Shown here one piece after another: positions 39,272 through 48,408 of a stretch of DNA of 64,000 nucleotides. The notes beneath the pieces are model-generated. The model saw only the letters and a list, made by a program, of their open reading frames with translations, was not told the origin of the DNA and searched no databases. A program made the position numbers and the translations under genes. This DNA is from Gemmatimonadota bacterium (lineage in GTDB: Bacteria; Gemmatimonadota; Gemmatimonadetes; Gemmatimonadales; GWC2-71-9). Location of the stretch: contig QHUU01000067.1 of NCBI GenBank assembly GCA_003222155.1, positions 38,297 to 102,296 of the forward strand, in the 5' to 3' direction. Within the stretch, counting starts at the first letter, position 1; each line of letters opens with the position of its first letter.

Positions 39272-39951
39272 CGGCGCGGCAGCAGCACCGCCTTCCACAG
39301 CGCCGCGGCCACGCCGGCACCGATCAGCGGGCCGATCCAGTACACCGCATGGGCGTTCCACTGCCATGCGACCAGCGCCGGCCCGATGGCGCGTGCGGGG
39401 TTCATGACCGCGCCTGTGAAGTTCCCGCCGACCAGGGCGTCCACGAAAATGGCGAGGCCGATGCCGAAGCCCCCGATCTTGGGCGCCTCCGGCGACACCG
39501 CGGTGCCGAACACGGCGCTCACGAGGAAGAACGTGAGCGCCGCTTCGATCCACACGCCCTGCAGGAACGTGACGTCGTTGCCGAGCCGCGGCGTGCCCAC
39601 CAGCGCGAGGCCGACCGCCATGCGGGGCAGCACCGTTCTCACGAGCGCCGCGCCCACGACCGCGCCCGCCACCTGGGCGCCGATGTATTGCCACGCGACG
39701 CGGCCGCCGATGCGGTTCGCGATCCACAGGCCGAACGTGACCGCGGGATTGATGTGGCCGCCGGAGATGCTCATCGTCATCGAGACGATGATCGCCATGG
39801 CGACGCCGTGCGCCAGGGCGACGCCGAGCGAGCCGATGCTGCTGGCGGTGGTCCCGGCGGCGACCAGCGCCACGACGCTGCCGGCGCCGAGAAACACGAA
39901 CAGCAGAGTGCCGACGAATTCGGCCGCGAGCGGCCGCAGCTGCTTGGGCAT
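39268..39951 (-). CDS. Aquaporin/MIP channel
   Basis: [14 protein letters not shown]. Confidence 0.92.
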   Translation of the reverse strand: MPKQLRPLAAEFVGTLLFVFLGAGSVVALVAAGTTASSIGSLGVALAHGVAMAIIVSMTMSISGGHINPAVTFGLWIANRIGGRVAWQYIGAQVAGAVVGAALVRTVLPRMAVGLALVGTPRLGNDVTFLQGVWIEAALTFFLVSAVFGTAVSPEAPKIGGFGIGLAIFVDALVGGNFTGAVMNPARAIGPALVAWQWNAHAVYWIGPLIGAGVAAALWKAVLLPRR

Positions 39952-39992
39952 GAGAAGATCCTCGGGGTTGGAGGAGAATCCGGGAGGCACGA

Positions 39993-41237
39993 CTACGTCC
40001 GCCGCAGCACGAGCGACGCGTTGATCCCGCCGAAGCCGAACGAGTTGGTGAGCACGATGTCGGGCGCCGCCGCGCGGCCCTCGCGCGGCAGGCAATCCAG
40101 GTCGCAGGCGGGGTCGGGGCGCTCGAGGTTGATGGTGGGTGGGAGCCAGCGACGGTCCACCGCCAGGGCGCAGATCGCCGCCTCGATGGCGCCGCTCGCG
40201 CCGAGGGCGTGCCCGTAGTACCCCTTGGTGCCGCTGACGCTGAGGCGGTAGGCATGCGCGCCGAACACCTGCTTGATGGCGGCAGTCTCGGTCGAGTCGT
40301 TGAGCGGCGTCGAGGAGCCGTGCGCGTTGATGTACCCGACCTCGGCTGGCGCGACGTGTGCGTCCGCGAGCGCGAGCCGCATCGCCCGGGCCGCCTCGCG
40401 GCCGTCGGGGCGGGGCGCGGTCATGTGATAGGCGTCGTTGGTGAACGCGTAGCCGGCGAGCTCGGCGTAGATCCGGGCGCCCCGCGCCACGGCGCGGCCC
40501 CGCTCCTCCAGCACCAGGACCGCGGCGCCCTCCCCCATGACGAAGCCGTCCCGATCTTCGTCGAACGGCCGCGAGGCGTGTGCCGGGTCGTCGTTGCGGG
40601 TGCTCATCGCGCGGATCACGCTGAAGGCCGCGTACGTCATGGGCGCGAGCGGCGCCTCCGCCCCACCGGCCAGCATCACGTCGGCGCGGGCCTCGCGGAT
40701 CGCGTGGAAGGCCTCTCCCACGGCGATGGTCCCCGACGCGCAGCTCATCGCGTTGGTCGAGTTCGGGCCGGTGACCCCAAACTCGATCGCGATGTTGCAG
40801 CTCGCGGCCCCGGGGAACACGGCGAGGGCGAGCGCGGGATCGAGCCCGCGCGGGCCCTCGGCGCGGAACCGCTCGATCTGGGACTCCGCGAACGCCACGC
40901 CCCCGAGCGCCGAGCCCATCATGGCGCCCACCCGGTCCGCACGCTCGCGCCCGGGATCGAGCTCCGCGTCGGCGAGCGCAAACCGGGCGCTCGTCACCGC
41001 CAGCTGTGAAAACCGGTCGAGCCGCTTGGCGCGCTTGGCGTCGAGGTGGTCCTGCGGCCGGAAATCGGGGATTTCGGCGGCGATCCTCGAGCGGTAGGGC
41101 GTCGGATCGAAGCGGGTGATCTCGCGCACCGCGGACGTGCGCGCCGTGAGTCCGGCCCACAACCCCTCCGCTCCCGTGCCGATCGGCGTCACCGCGCCGA
41201 CTCCGGTGATCACCACCCGCCGCGCTCCATTCTTCAC
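39993..41237 (-). CDS. Beta-ketoacyl synthase (FabF-like)
   Basis: RVVITG; MSCASG (Cys); NAHGSST and GHALGA (His-His); NSFGFGG. Confidence 0.92.
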   Translation of the reverse strand: MKNGARRVVITGVGAVTPIGTGAEGLWAGLTARTSAVREITRFDPTPYRSRIAAEIPDFRPQDHLDAKRAKRLDRFSQLAVTSARFALADAELDPGRERADRVGAMMGSALGGVAFAESQIERFRAEGPRGLDPALALAVFPGAASCNIAIEFGVTGPNSTNAMSCASGTIAVGEAFHAIREARADVMLAGGAEAPLAPMTYAAFSVIRAMSTRNDDPAHASRPFDEDRDGFVMGEGAAVLVLEERGRAVARGARIYAELAGYAFTNDAYHMTAPRPDGREAARAMRLALADAHVAPAEVGYINAHGSSTPLNDSTETAAIKQVFGAHAYRLSVSGTKGYYGHALGASGAIEAAICALAVDRRWLPPTINLERPDPACDLDCLPREGRAAAPDIVLTNSFGFGGINASLVLRRT

Positions 41238-41695
41238 GACTGAGCCTCCTCCGCAAATCGTTTGAGTCCCGCGAGCGTGCGCGCGGCGATGCCGTGCACG
41301 AACACGGGCCCGATCACGAGGCGCGCCACGAGCCCGCCGACGAGCGGCCAGGGCGGTCCCCCCCACCGATGTACCACGGTCACCTGCACGCCGTCCGCGC
41401 CGGGCGCGAGCCGCCACACCACGTCCATGCCGCGCGTGATACCCCGGACGTGCCGGTAGCGGATTTCGGCCGCGGGCCGATCCACGGTCATCTGCGACAT
41501 CCACCACGCGGGATAGCGCAGCGGGCCGAAGGGGCGCACCGCCGCCATCTCGACGAGGCCGCCGCCGTTGCGGCGCTCCAGGAAACGGACCCGGCGGTAG
41601 TGCGGCAGGATTTGGGGCCAGCGTTCGATGTCGGCCGCGAGCTCCAGAACGCGATCGTTCGGCGCACGGATGACGATTCGGTCGACGGTATGCAT
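41234..41695 (-). CDS. SRPBCC/START polyketide cyclase-like protein
   Basis: ADIERWPQILPH; IRYRHVRG; MDVVWRL. Confidence 0.8.
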   Translation of the reverse strand: MHTVDRIVIRAPNDRVLELAADIERWPQILPHYRRVRFLERRNGGGLVEMAAVRPFGPLRYPAWWMSQMTVDRPAAEIRYRHVRGITRGMDVVWRLAPGADGVQVTVVHRWGGPPWPLVGGLVARLVIGPVFVHGIAARTLAGLKRFAEEAQS

Positions 41696-41697
41696 GG

Positions 41698-42393
41698 CTA
41701 TGATGCCTTCGGTGCCCATGCCGCCACGACCCGGAACCCGGGCCGATACCGCGCCACCGCCGGCACTCCCGCCTCCTCCAGCATCGCGTTGAACTCTCCT
41801 CGCGTGTAGCCCCGCCTGAGCGACACGACCGCGTCGCGCCGCGTCACGCGGTCCATACGCAAACCGAGACACGCCGCCCACACGCCGGCCATCGCGACGC
41901 GTGAGCGGCGCAGATCCGCGAGCACCACCACGCGCCGTGCCAGCCGGTCGCAGGCGCGGATCCAGCGCACCGCCGCCGTGCGCGACAGGTGATGCAGCAC
42001 CTGGCTCACCGTCACAACGTCCACCGACTTCGGAGCGAGCGGCGGGGCGTTGCCGTCGGCGATCACCACCGCCACGCCGCTTCGCTGCGCCAGGCGTGCT
42101 GCGGCCGGGATTACTTCGACACCGATCGGCGTCAGCGTGATCCCGTGCCGTGCCGCTGCGGCGACCGCGGCGCGGGGGATGTCGCCGGCCCCCGTCCCGA
42201 TGTCGAGTAGCGTCCACCGCGCATCCCGCATCCCGCATCTCGCGTCCCGCGCGGCGCGGAACACGCCGTCTAGAGCGTCGACGACGGCCTTCGTCCCTCC
42301 GAAAAGCGCATTGAGTCGTGCGATATCCCGCAGCTCCCTCCCGACCGCGATCGGATCGGCTCGGCGATCATCCAGCAGCTCGCTCTCGATCAT
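41698..42393 (-). CDS. SAM-dependent methyltransferase
   Basis: ELLDD; LLDIGTGAGD; VLHHL; DLRR. Confidence 0.85.
   Translation of the reverse strand: MIESELLDDRRADPIAVGRELRDIARLNALFGGTKAVVDALDGVFRAARDARCGMRDARWTLLDIGTGAGDIPRAAVAAAARHGITLTPIGVEVIPAAARLAQRSGVAVVIADGNAPPLAPKSVDVVTVSQVLHHLSRTAAVRWIRACDRLARRVVVLADLRRSRVAMAGVWAACLGLRMDRVTRRDAVVSLRRGYTRGEFNAMLEEAGVPAVARYRPGFRVVAAWAPKAS
42221..42250. repeat. Heptamer tandem repeat inside the methyltransferase
   Basis: GCATCCC GCATCCC GCATCTC GCGTCCC. Confidence 0.75.
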
Positions 42394-42887
42394 CGACCGC
42401 CCCCGCCCCCGCCCCCCAGACCGACGTAGCCACCGCGGTAGTACAGCAGCGGCCGTCCGTCGGACACGGTGCCTCCCGTGACCAGGCCGAAGAACACGGT
42501 GTGATCCCCACCCGGTGCCTCCGCCTGCTTCTCGCATTCGATGCTCGCGAGCACGCCTTCGAGCACCGGCAGGCCGAGCCGCGTTTCGCGGTAACCGATG
42601 CCGTCGAAGCGGTTCGGATGGTCCTCGGCAAACCGTCGGGAGATCGCCTCCTGATCGGCGGCGAGCACGTTGAGCACGAAGCGATCCGCCGCCTTGAGCG
42701 CCGGGTGCATGTCGTTGTCATGGGCGACCGACACGAGCACGAGCGGCGGATCGAGTGAAACCGACGCCACGGAGCTCGCCGTCATCCCGATCGGTTTGCC
42801 CGACCGGTCGCGCGTGGTGACCACCGTGACGCCGGTCGCGAACCGGCCGAGCAGCTGGCGGAACTGCGAGGGGTCGACGCCGTGCAT
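42390..42887 (-). CDS. Flavin reductase (HpaC/RutF-like)
   Basis: FATGVTVVT; SVSLDPPL; GDHTVFFG; PLLYYRG. Confidence 0.9.
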   Translation of the reverse strand: MHGVDPSQFRQLLGRFATGVTVVTTRDRSGKPIGMTASSVASVSLDPPLVLVSVAHDNDMHPALKAADRFVLNVLAADQEAISRRFAEDHPNRFDGIGYRETRLGLPVLEGVLASIECEKQAEAPGGDHTVFFGLVTGGTVSDGRPLLYYRGGYVGLGGGGGGGR

Positions 42888-42889
42888 GG

Positions 42890-44122
42890 TCACCAGAGCA
42901 GTCGGGCGAGAACGCGCGGAGTAAGGACGCGGCGCGCCGGCAAGAGATTTCCAGTCACGCTGACTAGAAGATCCGCGAGGTCGGGGCGTCGCGCCAGGCG
43001 GGCCACCACGCGGTCGGTGAGGGCGGGAGACCCGACGCCGAGCCCGATCAGACGCTCGAGCAGCCATTTCCCCCGCAATGCGCGGCGGCGCGCGCGCTCA
43101 TAGGATTGGAGAGATGTGGTCGCGCTGACCCCGGGCGCAAGCCCGTGGGTGAGACAGGCCGCCGCCAGCTCGGCGCCGCGCAGCGCGGTGTGGATCCCCT
43201 GGCCGGTGAACGGATCGAAGAAATCCGCGGCGTCTCCCACCAGCAGCGCGCCGGGCACCGCGGCGACCCTCGCCCATTGGGCGAAGGGACCCGTGGCGAG
43301 CACTGCGCGGACCTGGCGGCGCGGGTCGAACCGCCCCGCGAGTCCCGGGAACCGGTCCAGCTCCGCAAAGAATTCCGCGCGGTAATCCCGCCTGCTCCGC
43401 CGCACGTCGCGGAGCGGCAGCACGAGCGCCACCGTGGTGATCCCGCCGCCTACGGCCCCGAGCCCGACGTACCCGCGGTCGCTCACGTGCAGCTCCCCGA
43501 TCTCGTCCACGCCGGCGACGTCCGCCACGTGCGCGGTGAAGGCGACTCGGCGCGGCGGCGAGTGGCGCACGAGGCCGAGCCTGCGGGCGACTACCGAGCG
43601 CAGCCCATCGGCACCCACCACAAAACGGCCGTGACACGTGACACGTTGCCCGTTACACGAGCGTGCGACGACGCCGGCGACACGCCCGTCCTGCCACACC
43701 AGGTTCTCTACCGTTACGGACTCGCGGACCTCAGCCCCCGCCCGCGCCGCGGCGGCGACGAGGATCGCGTCGAACGAGGTCCGCGGCACCGCGAGGCTGT
43801 AGGGTCGGGACGCGCCGCGGAACCGGCCGATCATCGCGGTCCCGCCCGGCGCGACGACCTTCATGCCGTACAGCTTGGCGTGCGTGGTGCGCTCGACCGC
43901 TCCGAGCAGACCTGCGCCCAGGCGCTCCAGCACGTCGGTCGTCGCGGGGCTCAAGTACTCCGAGCATGGCTTGTCGCGGGGGAAGCGGGAGCGATCGAGC
44001 AGCAACACCGACGCGCCGGCGCGGGCGAGCAGCAACGCCGTCGTGGCTCCCGCCGGGCCGGCGCCGACGACGACCGCATCCCAGATCAGTGGGAACCCAC
44101 GAGCGCGACCGCGGCTCCGCAC
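42890..44122 (-). CDS. FAD-dependent oxidoreductase (geranylgeranyl reductase-like); start uncertain
   Basis: VVGAGPAG; FPRDKPC; GADG; LVGDAA..DPFTGQGI. Confidence 0.85.
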   Translation of the reverse strand: MRSRGRARGFPLIWDAVVVGAGPAGATTALLLARAGASVLLLDRSRFPRDKPCSEYLSPATTDVLERLGAGLLGAVERTTHAKLYGMKVVAPGGTAMIGRFRGASRPYSLAVPRTSFDAILVAAAARAGAEVRESVTVENLVWQDGRVAGVVARSCNGQRVTCHGRFVVGADGLRSVVARRLGLVRHSPPRRVAFTAHVADVAGVDEIGELHVSDRGYVGLGAVGGGITTVALVLPLRDVRRSRRDYRAEFFAELDRFPGLAGRFDPRRQVRAVLATGPFAQWARVAAVPGALLVGDAADFFDPFTGQGIHTALRGAELAAACLTHGLAPGVSATTSLQSYERARRRALRGKWLLERLIGLGVGSPALTDRVVARLARRPDLADLLVSVTGNLLPARRVLTPRVLARLLW

Positions 44123-44760
44123 AATGTGGCGGCCAGGTTGACACCGTCGTTGTCCAGCCAGCGCCACCCTCCGGTCAGGATGACCAGTTCGTGGCAGACG
44201 GTATTCGCGCGCTCGAAGCGCGCGTCGCACGCGGGACACTGGTATTTGCCCTGGAGTGTTGCGCCCAGCAGCGAGTCCGCCAGCATGCCCGCGACACCGG
44301 CGCCCGTCACGGTGGCCAACCCCGGAGCGGCGCACCGGGGTCCCAACACGTGGGCGAGCCAGGCGATCGTCGCCGCCCCGGCCACGCCGCCCAGCGTTCC
44401 CAGCGCCGTGATCCCCCCGGACGTGCCGCGGGTCACGCGCCGTCCCGACGTGATGAGGCGAGGAGGGAAGGGGGAGAATGCGCCGATCTCGGTCGCCCAC
44501 GTGTCGGCGGCGGCCGCGGCGATTGCGCCGGCCGCCGCCGCCCACGCGCCGAACAGCGCCGCGACCGCGGCCACGCCGCCGTTGGCCAGCACCTGTCGTG
44601 CGGTGCGGTGAGGACCCTGCCGCTCGGCCAGTTGGGAGAGGACGCTACCGGAGAGAAAGAAGGCGGCCAGCAGCGCCAGCCCGCCCCAGCCGAGGCCCCA
44701 CGTCGTGCCGGCCCCCACCGCGCAGGCCGCGACCAGCCCGCCGCGGGTGAGCCATCTCAC
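44086..44760 (-). CDS. DUF92 (TMEM19/VTE6-like) membrane protein
   Basis: QVLANGG; ADTWATEIG; GTSGGIT; DSLLGATLQ; LDNDGVN. Confidence 0.88.
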   Translation of the reverse strand: MRWLTRGGLVAACAVGAGTTWGLGWGGLALLAAFFLSGSVLSQLAERQGPHRTARQVLANGGVAAVAALFGAWAAAAGAIAAAAADTWATEIGAFSPFPPRLITSGRRVTRGTSGGITALGTLGGVAGAATIAWLAHVLGPRCAAPGLATVTGAGVAGMLADSLLGATLQGKYQCPACDARFERANTVCHELVILTGGWRWLDNDGVNLAATLCGAAVALVGSH

Positions 44761-44981
44761 TCGTCGAGCAGCTCGTCCAGTATGCGGCGGCGCAAGTCGG
44801 GAGACGCGCCATGAGCCCGGCAGCGCGCCCGCACGAACGTGAGGAACACTTTTTCGAAATCGAAATTCTCACCACACGGGGGACATTCCGCGATGTGCTG
44901 CCGGATCTCCTCCGCCACCGCGGGCGTGAGCTCTCGGTCGAGGTACTCGTAGAGGTGTTCTTTGCATTCCCGACAGTTCAT
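44757..44981 (-). CDS. Zinc-binding anti-sigma factor (RsrA/zf-HC2 type)
   Basis: C...YLDREL...HIAECPPC; soluble. Confidence 0.9.
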   Translation of the reverse strand: MNCRECKEHLYEYLDRELTPAVAEEIRQHIAECPPCGENFDFEKVFLTFVRARCRAHGASPDLRRRILDELLDE

Positions 44982-45610
44982 GTCGCGTTTCCCTTGATGT
45001 ACCCCATCCCGACCGCGTACTCGTACAGCTTCTGCTGCAGCAGGCGCCGGGCACGGAACAGCCGCGACTTCACCGTGCCGACCGGCACTTCCAGAATGCG
45101 GGCGATCTCCTCATACGACATCCCCTCCACGTCGCTCAACACCACCGTCTCACGGAATTGTTCCGGGAGCGCGTCGATGGCGCGGAGGACTTCGTCGTCG
45201 ACGATGCGGTCGAAGAAGGTCCCCTGCGGGTCGTCGTCCTGGATCTCCTCGAACACCGAAAAGGGCTCGATCGCGTCGATGTCCACCGTCTCGGGGTGGC
45301 GCGTGCGCCGGCGGTATTCATTAATGAAAGCGTGCCGCAGGATGGTCAGCAGCCAGCCCTTGGCGTTCGTGCCCTTCTCGAACTGGTGCCAGGCGCGGTA
45401 CGCCTTGAGCATGGTCTCCTGGACCAGGTCATCGGCTTCGGCGGGATTGCCGGTGAGCCGCAGCGCGACCCGGTACAGGCTGTCGAGATGGATCAGCGCC
45501 TCGCGCTCGAAGCTCGCCCGCTTCTCGGCCTCGGCCGCGGGGCTGGGGGCGGCCGGAGGCGGCGGGGGGGACGAGGGGGGCGGGGAGCCGGGGGGGAGCG
45601 GAGGCGTCAT
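44978..45610 (-). CDS. ECF sigma factor (SigR/SigH-like)
   Basis: [34 protein letters not shown]. Confidence 0.92.
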   Translation of the reverse strand: MTPPLPPGSPPPSSPPPPPAAPSPAAEAEKRASFEREALIHLDSLYRVALRLTGNPAEADDLVQETMLKAYRAWHQFEKGTNAKGWLLTILRHAFINEYRRRTRHPETVDIDAIEPFSVFEEIQDDDPQGTFFDRIVDDEVLRAIDALPEQFRETVVLSDVEGMSYEEIARILEVPVGTVKSRLFRARRLLQQKLYEYAVGMGYIKGNAT

Positions 45611-45681
45611 GGCGTGCCGTAACCTCTCCCCGTGCGGCCGGGTTCCGCAATGGGGTAGGGGCGTGCTACGTTTCGCGCGCC

Positions 45682-46287
45682 GTGGTCCACAGCATCGTCC
45701 CGCTCGCCGTCCTGGAGGCGGTCAAGAACCTCGACACGCCGGTCGAGGACGGGCTGTCGGAGTTCGCCGAAGAGCTCTTGTCCAAGCGACTCGGCCTCTC
45801 GAACACGGTGGCGATGCAGCTGCGCGAGTACGAGGGGATGGTGCGGCGCGACGCCGCCGCCGATCAGGCGCACGTCGAGGCGCTGTTGCGGCTGGTGGGG
45901 CGCCGCCCCGACGCCGACCTGGTGTTCGCCGATGCGGGTCGCCGGGCCGCCCGCCGGGCGGTGCGGCGTCTGTTCGGGCTCACGCGCCTGGCCGCCCGCG
46001 GCGCGCCGCGGTTGTTCGGGTACGCGGCCGCGCGTCGGGCGGCGCGCGCCGTGTTCGCGGCCGAGCTGCGGCGGGAGCGACACGTCCCCATCGCCCACGT
46101 GCGCGACGCCGTCGCCGTGCACGCGACCCCGGACGGGGCGGCCTGCGCCTTGTACGGCACCGGGTTCACCGAGCTGCTCCGCCTCCTGGTCGGATTCGAG
46201 GGGGCGATGCTCCACGTCTCGTGCCGCGCGACCGGCGGGACGGTGTGCGAATGGCGGGCCGCCCCACCGGATCCACGTCACCACTGA
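45682..46287 (+). CDS. Hypothetical protein with a V4R-like C-terminus
   Basis: ACALYG...[11 protein letters not shown]. Confidence 0.55.
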   Translation: MVHSIVPLAVLEAVKNLDTPVEDGLSEFAEELLSKRLGLSNTVAMQLREYEGMVRRDAAADQAHVEALLRLVGRRPDADLVFADAGRRAARRAVRRLFGLTRLAARGAPRLFGYAAARRAARAVFAAELRRERHVPIAHVRDAVAVHATPDGAACALYGTGFTELLRLLVGFEGAMLHVSCRATGGTVCEWRAAPPDPRHH

Positions 46288-47471
46288 TGCCTCCGTTGCT
46301 CGACGGCTTCGATTTCGCGGCGCTCGCGGACGCACTCGCCGCGCTCGGCGCCGACGGCTGGCTCGTGTACGACTTCCGCAAAGTGAACCCGATCGCCGAG
46401 CGGATCCTCGGGCCGACCGGGATGGGAACGCGGCGCCTGTTCGTGCTGCTGCCCCGGGCCGGGCGTCCCATCGCCGTGGCCCATCGCATCGAGCTCCAGC
46501 CGCTCGCCGACTTTCCGGGCGAGGTGCGGCCCTACGGGTCGTGGCGCGAGCTGCACGGCCACCTCGGCACGCTGGTGCGCGGCCGCACCCTCGCCCTCGA
46601 GATCTCGCCGCTGGACCAGGTGCCGTACCTGGATCGCGTACCGCACGGCGTGGTGCAGCTGCTCGAGTCGTTCGGGGCCCGGCTGGTGTCGTCCGCACCG
46701 CTCGTGTCGCGCTTCGCGGCGCGCTGGTCGGCGGGCGAGCTCGCGGGTCACCGCAGCGCCGCGGAAGCGCTCGCGGGTATCGCGCGCGACGCGTTGTCGT
46801 GGACGGGCAGTGAAGCGGCGCGCGGTGCCGAGGTGCGCGAGACGGGCGTGCAGGCGCGCGTGCGCGAGGCGATCGAGCGGGCTGGTCTGTGGACCAACGA
46901 GGGCCCCATTGTGGCGTTCGGGCCCACGAGCGCCATGCCGCACTACGAGCCGCACGCGGGGGCGGACCGGCGGCTCGCACCGGGCGACGTCGTGCTGCTC
47001 GACCTGTGGGCGGGTCCGGGGCGCGGGTCGGTGTTCGCGGATCAGACGTGGATGGGGTTCGCGGGGCGGGCTCCCGACGCGGAGGTCCGTCGGGTGTGGC
47101 ATGCGGTCAAGGCGGCGCGCGAGGCCGCCGTGCGGTACCTGCGGGAGCACTGGCGTCCGGACGGCGTCGTGACGGGAGCGCAGGTGGACGACGCGGCGCG
47201 CGGCGTGATCCGCGAGGCGGGGCTGGGCGACTACTTCGTGCACCGCACCGGGCATTCGATCGACCGTGATCTGCACGGCTCGGGGCCGCACATCGACAAC
47301 TTCGAGACCGAGGACGCGCGAGCACTGGTGCCGGGCGTCGGGTTTTCGGTCGAGCCGGGCGTCTACCTGCCGGAGCGGTTCGGGATGCGCAGCGAGATCA
47401 ACGTCTACATCGACACGACCGGCCCCGAAGTGAATCCGCGCACGCCCCAGCACGAGCTGTTTCTGCTCTGA
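46287..47471 (+). CDS. M24 family (Xaa-Pro) aminopeptidase
   Basis: PHY; LLDLW; ADQTW; HRTGHSI; SVEPGVY; RSE. Confidence 0.9.
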   Translation: MPPLLDGFDFAALADALAALGADGWLVYDFRKVNPIAERILGPTGMGTRRLFVLLPRAGRPIAVAHRIELQPLADFPGEVRPYGSWRELHGHLGTLVRGRTLALEISPLDQVPYLDRVPHGVVQLLESFGARLVSSAPLVSRFAARWSAGELAGHRSAAEALAGIARDALSWTGSEAARGAEVRETGVQARVREAIERAGLWTNEGPIVAFGPTSAMPHYEPHAGADRRLAPGDVVLLDLWAGPGRGSVFADQTWMGFAGRAPDAEVRRVWHAVKAAREAAVRYLREHWRPDGVVTGAQVDDAARGVIREAGLGDYFVHRTGHSIDRDLHGSGPHIDNFETEDARALVPGVGFSVEPGVYLPERFGMRSEINVYIDTTGPEVNPRTPQHELFLL

Positions 47472-47483
47472 CGGTCGGGCGGC

Positions 47484-48308
47484 TCACAACACCGCGAGCA
47501 CCAGCCCCGCCCACACGGCCGCGCCCACCGCGACGTGGGCGATCTGCAGGAGCCGGGGCAAAGCGAGCAGGACCATCGTCGCAGCGACCGCGACCTGCAT
47601 GGTGACGAGGGCCACCACAGACCACGCACCACGCTGCTTCGTCCGTAGTGCCCACCAGCAGACGTATCCGGCCAATGCGTAGGCCAGCAGTCGGTGCGTC
47701 CAATGGACGTGTTGCAGGTAGTTCCCCGCCGGAACGAGCTCGCCGTTGCAGAGCGGAAACCCGATGCACGCGCTGGCGGCGCCGAGATTCGCGGTGAGCG
47801 CGCCGAACAGGACGGTGACGAAGCCGAGGGCGAGGGCGCCCAGCCCGGCCCGTGAGGGCCGGGCCAGCGGAACCCCGCGCGCCACCACCAGTAGCGTCGC
47901 GAGCAGTAGCATGGCAGTCCCCAGGTGCAGGATCACGGTCCACGGCGGCAGGCTCAGCTTGACCGTCACGGCCCCCAGCCCGACCTGAAGGACGAGCAAC
48001 GCCAGCGCGCCGTACGCCGCCACCCCCGGGGACGCTTCCCGTTTCCCGTTTCCCGCTTCCCGCCTCAGCCACCACGCATGCGCCGCCAGCACCGTCACCA
48101 GGACGGCGACCGCCGCTGCCGCGAGGCGATGTCCGTATTCGATCAGGGTCGGCAGGTCGAGGGGCGGAAGCAGCCTGCCGTTGCACAACGGCCAGTGCTC
48201 CCCGCACCCCATCCCCGAGCCGGTGATACGGACGATGGCGCCGAGGATGATGAGGAGGTAGGTGACGGTCGCCGCGGACCAGGCGAGCCGCGTGAAGCGT
48301 CGCGTCAT
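47484..48308 (-). CDS. ctaA: Heme A synthase
   Basis: GSGMGC..WPLCNG; IEYGHR; ILHL; HWTHR; IAH. Confidence 0.88.
   Translation of the reverse strand: MTRRFTRLAWSAATVTYLLIILGAIVRITGSGMGCGEHWPLCNGRLLPPLDLPTLIEYGHRLAAAAVAVLVTVLAAHAWWLRREAGNGKREASPGVAAYGALALLVLQVGLGAVTVKLSLPPWTVILHLGTAMLLLATLLVVARGVPLARPSRAGLGALALGFVTVLFGALTANLGAASACIGFPLCNGELVPAGNYLQHVHWTHRLLAYALAGYVCWWALRTKQRGAWSVVALVTMQVAVAATMVLLALPRLLQIAHVAVGAAVWAGLVLAVL
48034..48063. repeat. Heptamer tandem repeat inside ctaA
   Basis: GCTTCCC GTTTCCC GTTTCCC GCTTCCC. Confidence 0.8.
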
Positions 48309-48408
48309 GGGTGCGGAATCTATGTCCGCGAGTGAACTCGCGGCTCGGCCATGTGAGTGAACTGACGAATGCACACGCCGCTTCAGCGGCGCGTTATAAT
48401 TGGCGCTC

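Noticed and set aside
42390..44122. Flavin-dependent halogenase plus reductase pair
   Set aside because: The WxWxIP halogenase motif is absent (GYVGLG instead); the sequence fits the GGR-like family better
44811..47471. 886-aa plus-strand ORF
   Set aside because: Only the part from ATG 46287 is a recognisable M24 peptidase; the rest is a GC-rich open frame overlapping real genes
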